Positions 13,879-26,430 of a DNA stretch of 64,000 nucleotides are shown here, in pieces. The notes beneath the pieces are model-generated. The model did no database searches, had not been told where the DNA came from, and saw only the letters and a list, made by a program, of their open reading frames with translations. This DNA is from Antechinus flavipes (lineage: Eukaryota), in assembly GCF_016432865.1 (NCBI RefSeq), contig NC_067400.1, forward strand, positions 611,878,001 to 611,942,000. The letters are read 5' to 3'. How positions within the stretch are numbered: the first letter of the stretch is position 1; the number at the start of each line of letters is the position of its first letter. Both the position numbers and the translations under genes were made by a program.

Positions 13879-16048
13879 ATGTCACCTGAGCTGGGCGTCA
13901 GGTTTCCTGGGTGCTGCCTCCGCCCCGGTTGGGGGAGGGGAAGGGAACGCTTGGGCCTCCCTGAGGAGACGCCCCCAGTCCTGGGTGAGAAGGGGCCCGG
14001 CCTTTCCTCGGAGCACAGGAAGCAGGGAAGTAAATGGGAAGCTTGGGTCCCCAGAGCAGGAGGTGGGGGGCCCAGCGAGAAATGCGCGGGCGCCCCCGGG
14101 CGGCCCCCAGGTACTGGCGCCCGGACTCCCGCCGATTCCCCCTTACTGCCCCCTCTCGCTTGTCCCTCCCCGCCAGGCCCCTCCTCGACGCCCGGAACCT
14201 TCCTGCTCCCAGCAGCAGATGCCTGGACCTTGGCCCCTGCTGGGAGCAGCCGCGGGCCCGGCCTGACTCGGCCGCTGCAGGTACAGGGGGAAGGGAGGAG
14301 ACGGCGGCTCCCGGAGTGTAGGGCAATGGGGACGATGGGCTCCGGGGGAAGGTGGGGGCTCAGGCTCCGCCCCAGGGCCCCGGAGGGGAGCCCCCGCTGT
14401 GGCTGCCGCTGGGTCTGGAGCTTTAGGGACACGGCTGCATCCCTGGCTCCCCATGGGAAGAGAGGGTCTGACCAGCCGGGTTTTTGAGGGGACGGAAGCC
14501 ACAGGTGGGGAAGAAGGGGGCTGGGGGTCCCAGTCCCCTGGGGACTGAGCGGTGGGGGTGGGCCCGGCCGACCCGGGGCTCTCAGGACTGGGGGGACTAG
14601 TCCCCAGTGTCCCGGTTCCCCCTAGGCCTTCCTGGTTAATGATCAGCCAGCAGCGGAGCCCGTGTCAGGGGAGGGCCTGATGCGGAGGAGGGAACCCCGG
14701 AGCTGGGCCACCCTTGAGGAGGGCAGGCCAGCCCCAGCTGCTCACTGTGAGGGTGTCCGGCACCGCGGCCGGCTGATCGCCTACAGCCTGGTATGGACCA
14801 CCCCGGCTCTGGGGACCCCTTCCTCAGGCCGCTGCCGCCCCTGCCCCTGATCCCAGCCCTTGCAAACGCCCACCGGGACCCCTGGCCCTTCGGAGCCCTC
14901 CCCCTCCCCAGCCACTCCTGCCTATAACCAGCCCTTCCGGCCCTTGACTTCTTACCCCTGACCTCTGCTTGCAGGTGTTTGAGGACCCTGCCTGGATCCA
15001 GGATTCAGATTCAGACACTGACTCGGAGGGGCCCGGGGCTGGCCCAGGGGATCTGGGCCCAAGGGTTGGGATTGGGGGTGAGAGGGGTGGTCTCCCACTG
15101 GAAGGTCCCGCGGCTGACCTGGAATGGGACCCCACGGGGGATGTGGGGTGGCTGGGTACCATCAGGAGCAGGAGAGTCTGGACACCCGGGTCCCCCTGTG
15201 AAGTGTGCGGACACGTGGAGCCCCTGGGGGTGAGTCAGAGCCGGGCCTCGGCCGGGGCAGGGGGCGGGCTGTCTGTCTGTCTGTCTGTCCTATGAGCTCC
15301 GCCCCCAGCCTGTCTGTCTCTTCTCTGGGTATTTGGCTCCCTGCCTTGTCCTGGCTCTTGGGGGGGAGGGGAGGGGCTCGGTGTTGGAGAATGAGGGGGA
15401 AAGAGACCCAGAGGGGGACAGAGACAGAGACACAAAGAGGGTCAGAGAGACAGACAGAGACAGAGAAAGTGAGAGACAAACACAAAAAGACAGGGTCAGA
15501 GAGACGGCGACCCAGGCAGACCAGGGTGGGGCCGGGGGCCCCTGGGTCTCGCCCCTCAGGCCGCCTGTGACCAGCATCCCGAGCATGGGGAGGGGTTTCG
15601 CCGAGGAGGCCCCTCCCTCCAGGTCCCGGGACTGCGGGGGGCCGAGGAGAGGCGGGGGTGGGAGGCCGGCGCGCCGGGACTGAGCCCCCTCCCGCGCGCT
15701 CCGGGTCTCGGGAGCCCAGAGAAATTTCCCGCGTGCCCAGCTCGATGTTTCTCGCTGCAGGCGTGGTCCCTCCGGCCGTGGGGCGCCCCCCGGGCTGTGG
15801 CCCCCCCGGACAGGAAGCAGCCCAGCCCCCGGGATGTGACCGTCCAGATCCACAAGGAGGGGGAAGAGCCGGCCGGGGGCGCTCAGCCCCCCCGCGCCCG
15901 CCGCCCCCTCCTCTTCGTGCTGCTCCTGCTCCTCCTCGGGGTGGCGTGCCTCCTGCCGCCCCCCAGGGGGCCTCACTGCCCCCCTCCGCGGCTCCCCGGG
16001 CCCCTGCACCTGGTCCTCAGCTATGTCAACGGCCCGCCCCCAACCTGA
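13879..16048 (+). CDS. SYNE4: Nesprin-4 (KASH-domain outer nuclear membrane protein), diverged; the 5' exons are tentative
   Basis: Firm exons: 14626-14790 (GEGL..REPRSWA..LIAYSL), 14975-15229 (VFE..LEWDP..PCEVCG), 15761-16048 (TM + LVLSYVNGPPPT*). Tentative exons: 13879-13984, 14177-14280, 15560-15622. Position between ALKBH6 and SDHAF1 matches human. Confidence 0.85.
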
Positions 16049-16077
16049 GCCCCCGGGGCCTCCAGGCAGACCCCCGG

Positions 16078-16083
16078 AATAAA
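16078..16083 (+). terminator. SYNE4 polyadenylation signal
   Basis: AATAAA 30 nt after the stop; a second AATAAA at 16320-16325. Confidence 0.7.
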
Positions 16084-18889
16084 GCTGACAAACCCAACTT
16101 GGTGCGGAGTGCTTGTCCCGGAGGTTCCCCCTCTCCCCGCCGGGTGACAGTTCATGCTTCCAGGCCGGAGGAAGGGGAGGAGCCCGCCCCAGGGCCCAGG
16201 GTGTTCCTGCATTTTCGGGGGTCCTTCTGGGGCCGCCATCTCCCGCCCCTCCCCCTCCTGTGCTCACAGTATTCCGAGCCCCACCCGAGGCTTCCAGGGG
16301 CCCCAGTTGTCTGGTCACTAATAAAGCAGCGCAGCCCCCGGTGGAGAAGGCCCTCCACGGGACCGCCGGGCTGGGCCCGGCCGCCTGCAGCCTCCCCCCC
16401 GCCCCCCCCCCGCCCCCTCTCCGGAGGCCGGCCGGCACCGGGCTGCTGTGGCCCTTGGGGTCAGTCCGGGGGTGGGGGTGGGGGGAGGTTCCCTGTTTGG
16501 AACCGGGCGGGCCCGGGCCCCAAAGAGCTGATACTCCAGTGTTTGGCTTTCCATCTAACCCCCTTCAGCGTGCCCTGAAGAGACCCCCTCCCCCCAACTC
16601 ACACGGCTACAACACACACTATCGCGCCTATGTTATTAATCTATTCGAATGATCACAAACATTTATTAAACGCCTCAGAAGCGCCTGAGCATGGGGGTCA
16701 CAAAGCGCGGCCCCAGCACTGTTCCCACACGGAATCAATGTGTCATTCTCCCTGCTAACAGACAACGTGCGCCATAGAAAACGTCGGAGAGACCGGTCCC
16801 GGGTGATCCATCAAACCCAGCAGATGATTCACAAAGCGGGTCCCTGCGCTCTCAAACGCCAACAATGAACCCAGCTTCCTCGCCCTTGGAAAGTGGGGGC
16901 GATCTGACTGGGTAACAATTAATGAGAAAAAGGATCATAATGAAATGTGGATTTATTCTAAAGCCACCATGGCTTCTCTTGGATAGAGACACAGCTCGTC
17001 CCCTGACTCGGGCAATCTAGACAAAAGGGTCTCTCTGCCCAGGCCTGGCTGAAGGGAAGACAAGGGGCTGGAACTGACCTTAGCCTGGGGGGGGGGGGGG
17101 GGCTCCAAGCTGGGAGAGCCAGCGCTTCATCCCCGCCAGCGTCCTGCAGGTCAATGTCCTCAACGACCTAGAGATCCTAAGTCAATAACTGCGCAGTGAT
17201 GGAAGAGAAACAATCCTCTCTCATGGCAGCACTAATTAAAGCCATACTCATCCTAGCAATGAAATCTTTACAATCAACTGGGTAAACATATCTTTATATT
17301 GTTTATTAGATGAGTTATTATCCGATATTTATTAACTATTCATCTCCTTGGGAACAAAACTATTTTAAATTATTTTCCCTATTAATCCCCTTAGGGACAC
17401 TATTTATTAATCTCTTTAGGGACAAACTGTCAAGCTCATTTCTTAGGGCCACGCGGTAAGCCGATCTCATGCCAGTCCTCAATGACAAGGGTCTCTCTTT
17501 GCCCACCTGGAAGCACCGGGTCTGCTTCCCCGGGAGCCTGGAAGGCCTGCAGAGCTTTGCCGGTCGGTCAGTCCTGCCTGAAAGCAAATCTAGGGAGGCT
17601 TGAGTCTCAAACGGGGAGAACCTCGGTCACCCAAGAGCAGGCTGAAGACCGAGGGTCTTTGGTGGGTGTCTACTGGGCTAGTTTGGCATTAAGTTAAATT
17701 CAGTGCTGAATTGATGACCTAAGCTTAGGGGGAAAGGAGAACATCTTTCAAAGAGTCCATCATTAGCAAGTGTTTAATTAGTGGTTTACCAGATTGGGGG
17801 AACAATCTCATGGGAGATAATTTTGATTACATTACATTAATAAGGTTTTGCACAAACAAAACCAAGGCAGCAAAAATTAGGACAAAAGCAAGAAACCAGG
17901 AAAAAAAACTTAGCTTCCTAAATCTGGTGTTATTAGTAGCTGTTTATCAAACCTAGGGACTACAAAGATCACTGCTAAGTCACCTTACTACAGAAAAGAA
18001 GGTGCTCATCAGTCACAAAATGCAAGCCTAAAACACAAGGAGAGAAGATGGAGGAGTAAAAAAACTCTCAACATTCTCCTCTAAAGAACTGCTTCAAGAT
18101 TATTATATGGATACTATGCATATATTTTTACCATGTTTAACAGATATTGGATTACTTGCATTGTAGGGGAGAGGGTGGGGGAAGAATTGGAGCACAAAGT
18201 TTTGCAAGGGTTAATGTTGAAAAATGGTCCATGCATATGTTTTAAAAATAAAAAGCTTTAATAATAATTTTAAAAAAGGATTGTCCAAAAATGGGGAGAA
18301 ACTGCTTTAAATTGAATTTTAAGCAAATAACCAGCAAGAAATCAGAATAATTCATGTTCCCATGCAGGGAATTCCAGGGCAGAGAAGGGCAGTCGTGGTC
18401 ATGAGAAAGGAGTGAACCTGGGAGAAATTCCAGGGCAAAGAGGGGTGGTGGTGAGAACAGGGGCCCTTCCTCAACAAGGACCAGGGGGAAGTGAACAGAA
18501 CCAGCCCCGTAGCACACCAAAAACTCACAGTTCCCAGCCCCTTCCCCCACCATTCTAGACCTAGCTGTGAAAGCTGCAGAAAATAAATCAGATGACCAGG
18601 TCAAATATCCTTGTAACTCCTCCAAATGACCAGAACCCAAATGTAACATGAAGTCCATAGTCAAGAAATGGGCTAGAAACCCGGGCAAACAAGAAAAGAA
18701 CCTGACCATAAAAAGTTATCACAGTGATGGGGAAGTTCATTGCAAATTCAGAAGACAATGATTTTAAAAATCTACAGAACCTCAAAGAAAAATGCAGATT
18801 GGAAATCTGCCCAATAAGAATCCCTAAAGAATGAGGGCTTTTTTATTTTTTTTTAAAAGGAGCAAAAAATGATTAAAGAATTAAATAAA

Positions 18890-19020
18890 GGAATAACTAG
18901 ATGGTGCAGTGGATAGAGCACTGGTCTGGAGTCAGGAGGACCTGAGTTCAAATCCAACCTCAGACACTAAATATTTACTAGTTGTGTGACCTGGACAAGT
19001 CACTTAACCCCAGTTGCCTA
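18890..19020 (+). mobile_element. WSINE1-like marsupial SINE
   Basis: GGAGTCAGGAGGACCTGAGTTCAAATCC..CTCAGACAC..GTGTGACC..GCAAGTCACTTAACCCC. Confidence 0.8.
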
Positions 19021-20070
19021 GCACCATCCCCCTATTTTTTAAATTAAAAAATATATAAGAGTGGAAGAGGAAAATTTGGGAAAGAAATGAGAGAAATGCA
19101 AATAGATTATGAAAAGAGAATTGACAGCTTTATAAAAGAGGCATAAAAATATTGGAGAAAATAATTCCTTAAAAATTAGAATTGCCCAAATGGTAAATTA
19201 TACAACTTTATTGAAGAAAATAACTCCTTAAAAATTACAATTAGTCAATTACAATTAGCTAATGATTCCACAAGACATCTAGAAACAATAAAAGAAAGTC
19301 AAAAACTGAAAAAAAAAAATAGAAGAAAACATAAACTATCCCATAGGCAACTGTCCAGGAAAATAAATCAAGTAAAGAATTTTAATTTAAGAATTATTGG
19401 ACTATCTAAAAGCCATGATCAAAAGAAGAACCTAGATGTCATATTTTAGGAAGTTTTAAAGGAAAAGTTCTTATTTTAGAACCAAATTATCAGTCTAAAA
19501 AATGAAAAGAGTAAATGCATAAGCAATGAAGATGAAATTAAAGTAATTATTAGAGCTTTGTGGTCCAATTACATGCTAATAAAACCGACAATCTAAATGA
19601 AATGAGTGAACATTTAAAAAAACATAAACTGCCCAAGTTAATGGAAGAAGAAAAACAATCCCATCTTTCAAAAATTAAATTGAACAAGCCATAAATATGC
19701 TTCCTAACCAAAAAGAAAAAAAGTCTAGGACTTGATAGATTTACGAGTGAATTCTACCAGATTTTAAAGGACAGTCCATTTCAACATTATGTGTGTTATT
19801 TGAAAAAATAGGTAAAGGAAGAGACATATAAAATTTCTCCTAAGACATAAATATAGTTTTGACTCCTAAACCAAAAACAGAGAAAGAAAACTAATTACTT
19901 TAATGAATATTAATACAAAAAATTTAAAGTAAAATATTAGCAAGATCACACATTATAATCAGGTGGGATTTATATATTTATATTATATATAATGCAGGGC
20001 TAGTGAAATATTAAGAAAACTGCCAGCATAACTGACTATATCCATTAAAAAAACCAACAAAAATCATAAT

Positions 20071-20615
20071 TGGTTTCACATATGGATGGTGTGGTGCTGG
20101 CTGATGGAGTTACCCGTGTTCTTGGTGTTAATTGTTAGACTGAAATTAGCACAAGCGGCAGAGAATTAATCTATATTTTGTGGAATTTTTAGAGACGGCA
20201 AACAAAAATATCGTGCACCAGCCTTCCTTCCATTATTAGTATTTCTTGTAGCCTTTTTCCAAGTTGAAGAATTTACCATCAAGGTGGTTACTGACTTTGA
20301 TGCCCTTGTCCCCAGTGAAGACATTTGACAACATGGCTAAAAAGCATGGAAGCAAGCTCCCAACCTTGTTTCACTCCACTGGTGACTGGGAATACACGAG
20401 AGCATCTCACGTTATCCAGAACTCGGGCAAGATGCTGTCACGAAACTGACGATGAATACTGACGAACTTCTTGGGCGACCAAATTTTGACAGAATTCCCC
20501 ATAAGTTCTCACCACTGATCGTGTAAAAGATCTCGATGAGATCAATGAACATTGTGTACGACCTCTGTTCCACTGGCATTTCTCCTGGTATTATTGGTGT
20601 TTACGAGTTGAAATG
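20071..20615 (-). mobile_element. RTE-clade LINE fragment (reverse transcriptase region) nested in L1
   Basis: The minus strand translates, with frameshifts, to YTMFIDL..LW.ILSKFG.PRK..GVKQGW.LASMLFS, typical of RTE RT. Confidence 0.75.
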
Positions 20616-23021
20616 ATTTACAGCTTTAGCAAAGTTGCAGGATATCAAATAAACCCACATAAATCATTACCATTTCAATAAATCACGAACAAAAACCAGC
20701 AGGAAGGGATAGAAAGAGAAATTCCATTTAAAATAACTGCAGACAGAATAAAATACTTGGGAGCCTACCTGCCAAGATATACACAGGAACTATAAATTAT
20801 AAAACACTTTTCACACAAATAAAGACAGATCTAAACAGCTGGAGAAATGTTCATAATGTCTGGGTAGACCAAACCAGTATAATAAAAATGACAATACAAC
20901 CTAAATTAATTTACATATTTTGTACCATACCAGTCAAATTACCAAAGAATTATTTTTTAGAGTCAGAAAAAAATAATTTGAAAAATTCATCCGGAGGAAC
21001 AAAAGATCAAGAATATCAAGGATCTCAGTTGGAGGGAAAAACCCAAAGGAAGGGATTCAACCAGACCTCAAACTATATTACAAAGCAATAGTCATCATAT
21101 CAGTCTGGAACTGAAAACTAAAAGATAGGGTGTAAGATTAAATATAGATTAGGCACCCAATATAAAGCTTGATAAACCTAAAGATTCAGGCTACTGGAGC
21201 AAGAACTCACCATGTAACCAGTTTTCTGGGAAAACTGGAAAGCTGTCTAGGAGAAACTAGGTATAGATCAATAATAGTAACTACCTCCCTGGATTATTGT
21301 GAAAATCAAGTGAAAAAATTGTTGTAAAGTCTTTAGCACAGTGTCTGGCACATAATAGAAAATATATGATATTAACTATTATTATACTATATTTAGTATA
21401 TATATAAAACTACTAAATAAATAAATTATTATTATATATTTATATATGAATAAATATATAAATATATAACTATTATTATGTTATATAAATTCAGTTTAAA
21501 ATGGAATCTTGATTTAAATATATATAAAAAGGGTGTTATCATAAGCAAATTAGAAGAGTATGGAAAATATTACCCATCAGATTTATGGATAGGGGAAGAG
21601 TTTATGACTAAATAAGAAATAAAATCATGGGAGATCAAATGGATAATTTTGATTACATTACATTAATAAGGTTTTGCACAAACAAAACCAAGGCAGCAAA
21701 AATTAGGATAAAAGCAAGAAACCAGGAAAAAAAATTTTACAGCAAGTTTCTTTAATAACTGAGATATTTATAAAAATAAAAGCTCTTTCTCCAGTGACAA
21801 AGGGTGAAAAGATATGAACAGGTAGTTTTCAGAAGAAATCAGACCTATCAATAGTCATGTGAAAAAAAAAATGCTGTCATCAATAATTAGTGAAATGCAA
21901 AATAGAGCAACTTTGAGATACCATTTTATATCCATTAAATTAGTCAAGATGTCAGAAAAAGATGACAAATGCTGAGGGAAGGTGGGAGAAAAGGGATATA
22001 ATACACTGTTGGTGGAGTTGTGAACTGGTCCAACCATTCTGGACAATTTGGAGCTATGCCATATCCATAAACCTGACAAGTAATATTTTCCATTCTTTCC
22101 TAATTTGTTAATGTCTAAATGATGAACCCATTTTGAGCTTATCTTGGTATAATAATAGCCTGAGCCAACTGGATGGTTCAGTGGGTGAACACTAGGCCTG
22201 GCTTTAGGAAAACCTGAATTCAAATCCAGCCTCAGACACTTACTGATTATGGGAGCCTGAACAAGTAATTTCACTTCCTCGCTTTCATCCGCTGGAGAGG
22301 GAAATGACAAACCAAGCTACGGAACAACAACAATAATTATCTCAGTATGTAAATCAGCACATGGTATGTTCATTTCTTTTTTCTGTTTTTTTATCTCTCC
22401 CATAGTTTTTCCCTTTTGCGCTGATTTTTTCTCCCAACTTGATTCGTAAAGCAATGCGTGTTAACAATAAAAAATTAAATTACATTTTAAAAAATTGTCT
22501 CAGTTGATCCTCATAACAACACGGGGAGGTGGGTGCATACTTTTTGACCCAGCAATAATTTTACTAAGTTTGTATCCCAAAGAGATGAAAGAAATGGGAA
22601 AAGGACCTATTTGTACAGATTTATAGCGACTCTTTTTGTGGTGACAAAGAATGAAAAATTATGGGCTGCCCATCAACTGGGGAAATGGCCAAACAAGCTG
22701 TGATATATGACTGTGATGGAATACTACTGTGTTATAAGAAATGACAAGTAGGTGATGCATGCAATTCCAATAGACTTGGGAGGAAGAACTCTGCAGACTG
22801 AACGTGGATTGAAAGAAAGAATTTTTCATTTTTTTGTTTTTTTCTTTCTCATGGTTTCTTTCCCTTTTATTTTATTTTTCTTGCCCAACATGATAAATAT
22901 GGAAATGTACTTAAAAAGGACTACATGTTTAACCTATATCAGATGGCTTATTGTTTTGGGGAGAGGGGAGGTAAGGGAGGGAGGGAGAAAAATTTGGAAC
23001 ACAAAAGTCATACAAAAATGA

Positions 23022-23291
23022 GTGCTGAAAACTATCTTTATATGTATTTGGAAAAATAAAATACCATTGAGGAAAAAAAATGACAAAGAGGATGGTTTTA
23101 GAAAAGTCTGGGAAGACTGTATGTGAACTGACGTAAAGTGAGGTGAACAGAACCAGAATGTTGCAATATAATAAGACTTAAGTATTCTGGTCAATACAAT
23201 GAACCTGAAGTCAGGAGGATCTGAGTTCAAATTTGACCTCAGACACTTAACACTTCCTGGCTATGTGATCCTGGGCAAGTCACTTAACCCC
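23022..23291 (+). repeat. 270 bp local duplication, copy 1 (chimeric L1/SINE segment)
   Basis: Matches 24761-25030 with 3 mismatches by eye. Confidence 0.9.
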
Positions 23292-24760
23292 AATTGCCCC
23301 AGGGGGGGAAAAAAAACTGGGACAGCTCATGATGAAAAATATTATCCACTTCCAGAAAGAGAACTGATGAACTCTTGAGTGCAGAATGAATTTTTTCCCT
23401 TTACTTTTTTTCTTGCAATATAGCTAATGTGGAAGTTTTGCATGATTTCACAGCTATAATTGGTATTATATTGCTTGTTTTTTCAAGGAGAGAGAGGAAC
23501 TGGGGAGGATAATTTAGAATTGAAAAAAAAAGAATATTTTTTATGTCAAGAAAATATTCTTACTCGTGCTAGGTGGAGAGGGAAATGGCCGAAATGAAAT
23601 AATTCCTGCCCTCTAAGAGCAAAAGGTCTATTAGTCAGTCAATGATAAACATTTATTAAGTGCCTACTATTGTCAGGTGCTGGGAATATAAAAGCAAGAC
23701 GGTTCCCTGCTCCTGAGGAGCTCATCATTTAGTCGGGGAGGCCATGAGGAAACAATCACATACAAATATAGAGGATAAAAAGATCATTTACAAGAATAAA
23801 GTGGGACTGGGGAGCGCTTCCTTTGGATGGTGGGATTTTAGCTGGGACTTGAAGTCAGGGAGGGCAGGAGACAGAGGAGGAGGAAGGGTGCTACAGGGAA
23901 AGGAGGCAGCCAGAAAAATGTCCAGGTCCAAGAAATGGACGGTCTTATTTGTGGAATAGCCTCCAGGAGGCCATGAGGGCCTGACAGGGGAGGAAGGCCT
24001 GGATGGGTATGTGCTTTATAGGAATATAACACTTTGGTGGCCCGATGAGGCTGGAGGTAAGTGGAAAGACTCGAAGCTGTCAAACCCTTCAGCAGCTACT
24101 GCAGTAAAAAAAGGGGGGAGATGAGGAGGGTGGAGGCCATGTCAGAGAGGAGGAAGATGCTCTAAGGACAAGCTTCAGCAACAGCTTGGGTGTGGAGAGT
24201 GAGAAATAATGAGGACTCCAGGATGGCTCCTAAGTTACAAGCCTGGGAAAGCTTTGGTTTACGTATTCAAAGTAGAAAGGACCATCTAAGTATTAATTTT
24301 CCATTTTACAACCTGCTTCAAAGTGAGTACTTGAACCCACAAAATAAATGCTCAGTTTGTCAGTCAGCATTTCCCAACCGAAGCCTTAACGAAGCCAGTT
24401 CAGAGACCCTTGTCAAATGGTTTATACTCTTTAAAATTTTATTAAAGCTTTTTATTTTTCAAAACACATGCGTGGACAATTCTTCAACATTAGCCCTTGA
24501 AAAATCATGCGTCCCAATTTTCCCTCCCTTCCCCCACGTCCTCCCCTAGATGGCAAGTAGTCCAATATATGTTAAACATGGTAGAAATATATGTTAAATC
24601 CAATATATATGTACAAATTATACAATTATTATGCTGCACAAGAAAAATCACATCATGGTTTATATTTCTAAGAAAAAAATTGGAACTCAAAATATTACAA
24701 AAGTGAATGTTGGAAAACAAAATATTTTGAAGTAAAAACAAAATAAACCTCCCCTTATTG

Positions 24761-25030
24761 GTGCTGAAAACTATCTTTATATGTATTTGGAAAAATAAAA
24801 TACCATTGAGGGAAAAAAATGACAAAGAGGATGGTTTTAGAAAAGTCTGGGAAGACTGTATGTGAACTGACGTAAAGTGAGGTGAACAGAACCAGAATGT
24901 TGCAATATAATGAGACTTAAGTATTCTGGTCAATATAATGAACCTGAAGTCAGGAGGATCTGAGTTCAAATTTGACCTCAGACACTTAACACTTCCTGGC
25001 TATGTGATCCTGGGCAAGTCACTTAACCCC
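24761..25030 (+). repeat. 270 bp local duplication, copy 2
   Basis: Matches 23022-23291. Confidence 0.9.
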
Positions 25031-25813
25031 TCTCGGCCTTCCTGGGGATAAGGCTTTATTTTCTCTAAATCAATTACTCAAGTCTTTACGAGGTGCCTTG
25101 TACAAGACAAACAAAAGAAAAAGCAGAAACACACCTGCCCTCCAGGAGGTTATGTATTTTATTTTTCCAAATAGTATTTTAAATAATATTTCACTTTTTT
25201 TAAAATAACTTTTAATTGACAGTACATATGATGCATGGGTAAGTTTTTACAACATTGTTCCTTGCACTCACTTCTGTTCCGACTTTTCCCTTTCCTCCCT
25301 CCCCTCCTCCCCTAGATGCAGGCAGTCCTATACATGTTAAAAAGCAACATTCACTTTTGTAAAACCTTGTGCTCCAAATTTTTCTTCTTCTCTCCCCCAT
25401 TCCTACACCCCAAACAATCTGAGAGAGGTTAAATACGTGCAGTTCTTCTAAACATATTTCCGTATTCGCCATGCGGCACAAGAAATATCAGATCAAAAGG
25501 GGAAAAAAATCCCAGAATAAAAAAATCAAATAACAAAAAAAGATAAAAATATTATGTTTTAATCCACATTCAGTCAAGAAATTTACATTCTAATCCAGGG
25601 AGCATATTCACAGTCAAGTTAGGAAAGACCAGTAATTCCTATGGCAGCTTGAGACAAGTCTTCTGGGACTGAATGAGAGACTATTCATAAAATGCATACA
25701 GCAGGCACTTAATGTTGTTCCCTTCCTTCTACTGCCAAACACTTCAGAGGGAAAAACAGCGCACTGAAGTTCATATAAGAAAAAAAAATCAACTTACAAT
25801 TAAGAATAAAATA

Positions 25814-25953
25814 GGAGCTGCTAGGTGGCACAATGGATAGAGCACCAGCCCTGATGGCAGGAGATCCTGAGTTTTAATCTGATCTCAGACACTTAACACT
25901 TCCTAACTGTGTGACCCTGGGCGAGTAGTCACTTAACCCCAATTGCCTCAGCC
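25814..25953 (+). mobile_element. WSINE1-like SINE
   Basis: GGAGCTGCTAGGTGGCACAATGGATAGAGCACCAGCCCTG...CACTTAACCCCAATTGCCTCAGC. Confidence 0.8.
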
Positions 25954-26269
25954 AAAAAATATATATATATATAAAAACTTCTCCTGTAATTGGGGGCATT
26001 GAAGACCTACAGGAATGAGGGTCAAGTATATTCTTTGGGTATCCCAGTCTTCAACTCAGCAGATACTGGCCCAGATCTGGGAAAAGGAGGGTAAGATGAA
26101 AAGATTCAGCAAAAACAGGAGTTTTTCCATAGCAACCCAATCTAACCTCAGTTCCAAGGCTGGAGTGGCCAAAATGTCCAAGTCAGAAGTTCCTATACGG
26201 TATCATCCATCTAGACCTAACCACGACCAAACCCTGCTCTTAGTGGTTTTATCTCCCTAGTTATGACAG

Positions 26270-26430
26270 GAGCAAAGCTAGGTGGACAAAAGGGATGAAG
26301 CTCCTGGAGTCGAGAGGACCTGAGTTCAAAAACAGCCTCAGACACTTCCTAGTTGTGTGATCCTAAGCAAATCACTTCACTCTGTCTCAGTTTCCTAATT
26401 TGCAAAATGAATCAGAGAAGGAAATAGCAA
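26270..26430 (+). mobile_element. MAR1/MIR-like CORE-SINE
   Basis: tRNA-like head plus the CTCAGTTTCCT..TGCAAAATGA core. Confidence 0.7.

Larger units (their letters stand above)
18290..22750 (+). mobile_element. Fragmented L1 LINE (ORF1 and ORF2 remnants) interrupted by SINEs and an RTE fragment
   Basis: ORF1-like LRIIGL..SHDQKKNLD near 19390-19440; ORF2-like KS.G.D.FTSEFYQ near 19720-19760 and FSKVAGYQINPHKS near 20640-20690; many stops and frameshifts. Confidence 0.8.

Noticed and set aside
18890-19020. tRNA genes
   Set aside because: A/B-box-like sequences belong to tRNA-derived SINE heads; no full cloverleaf was seen.
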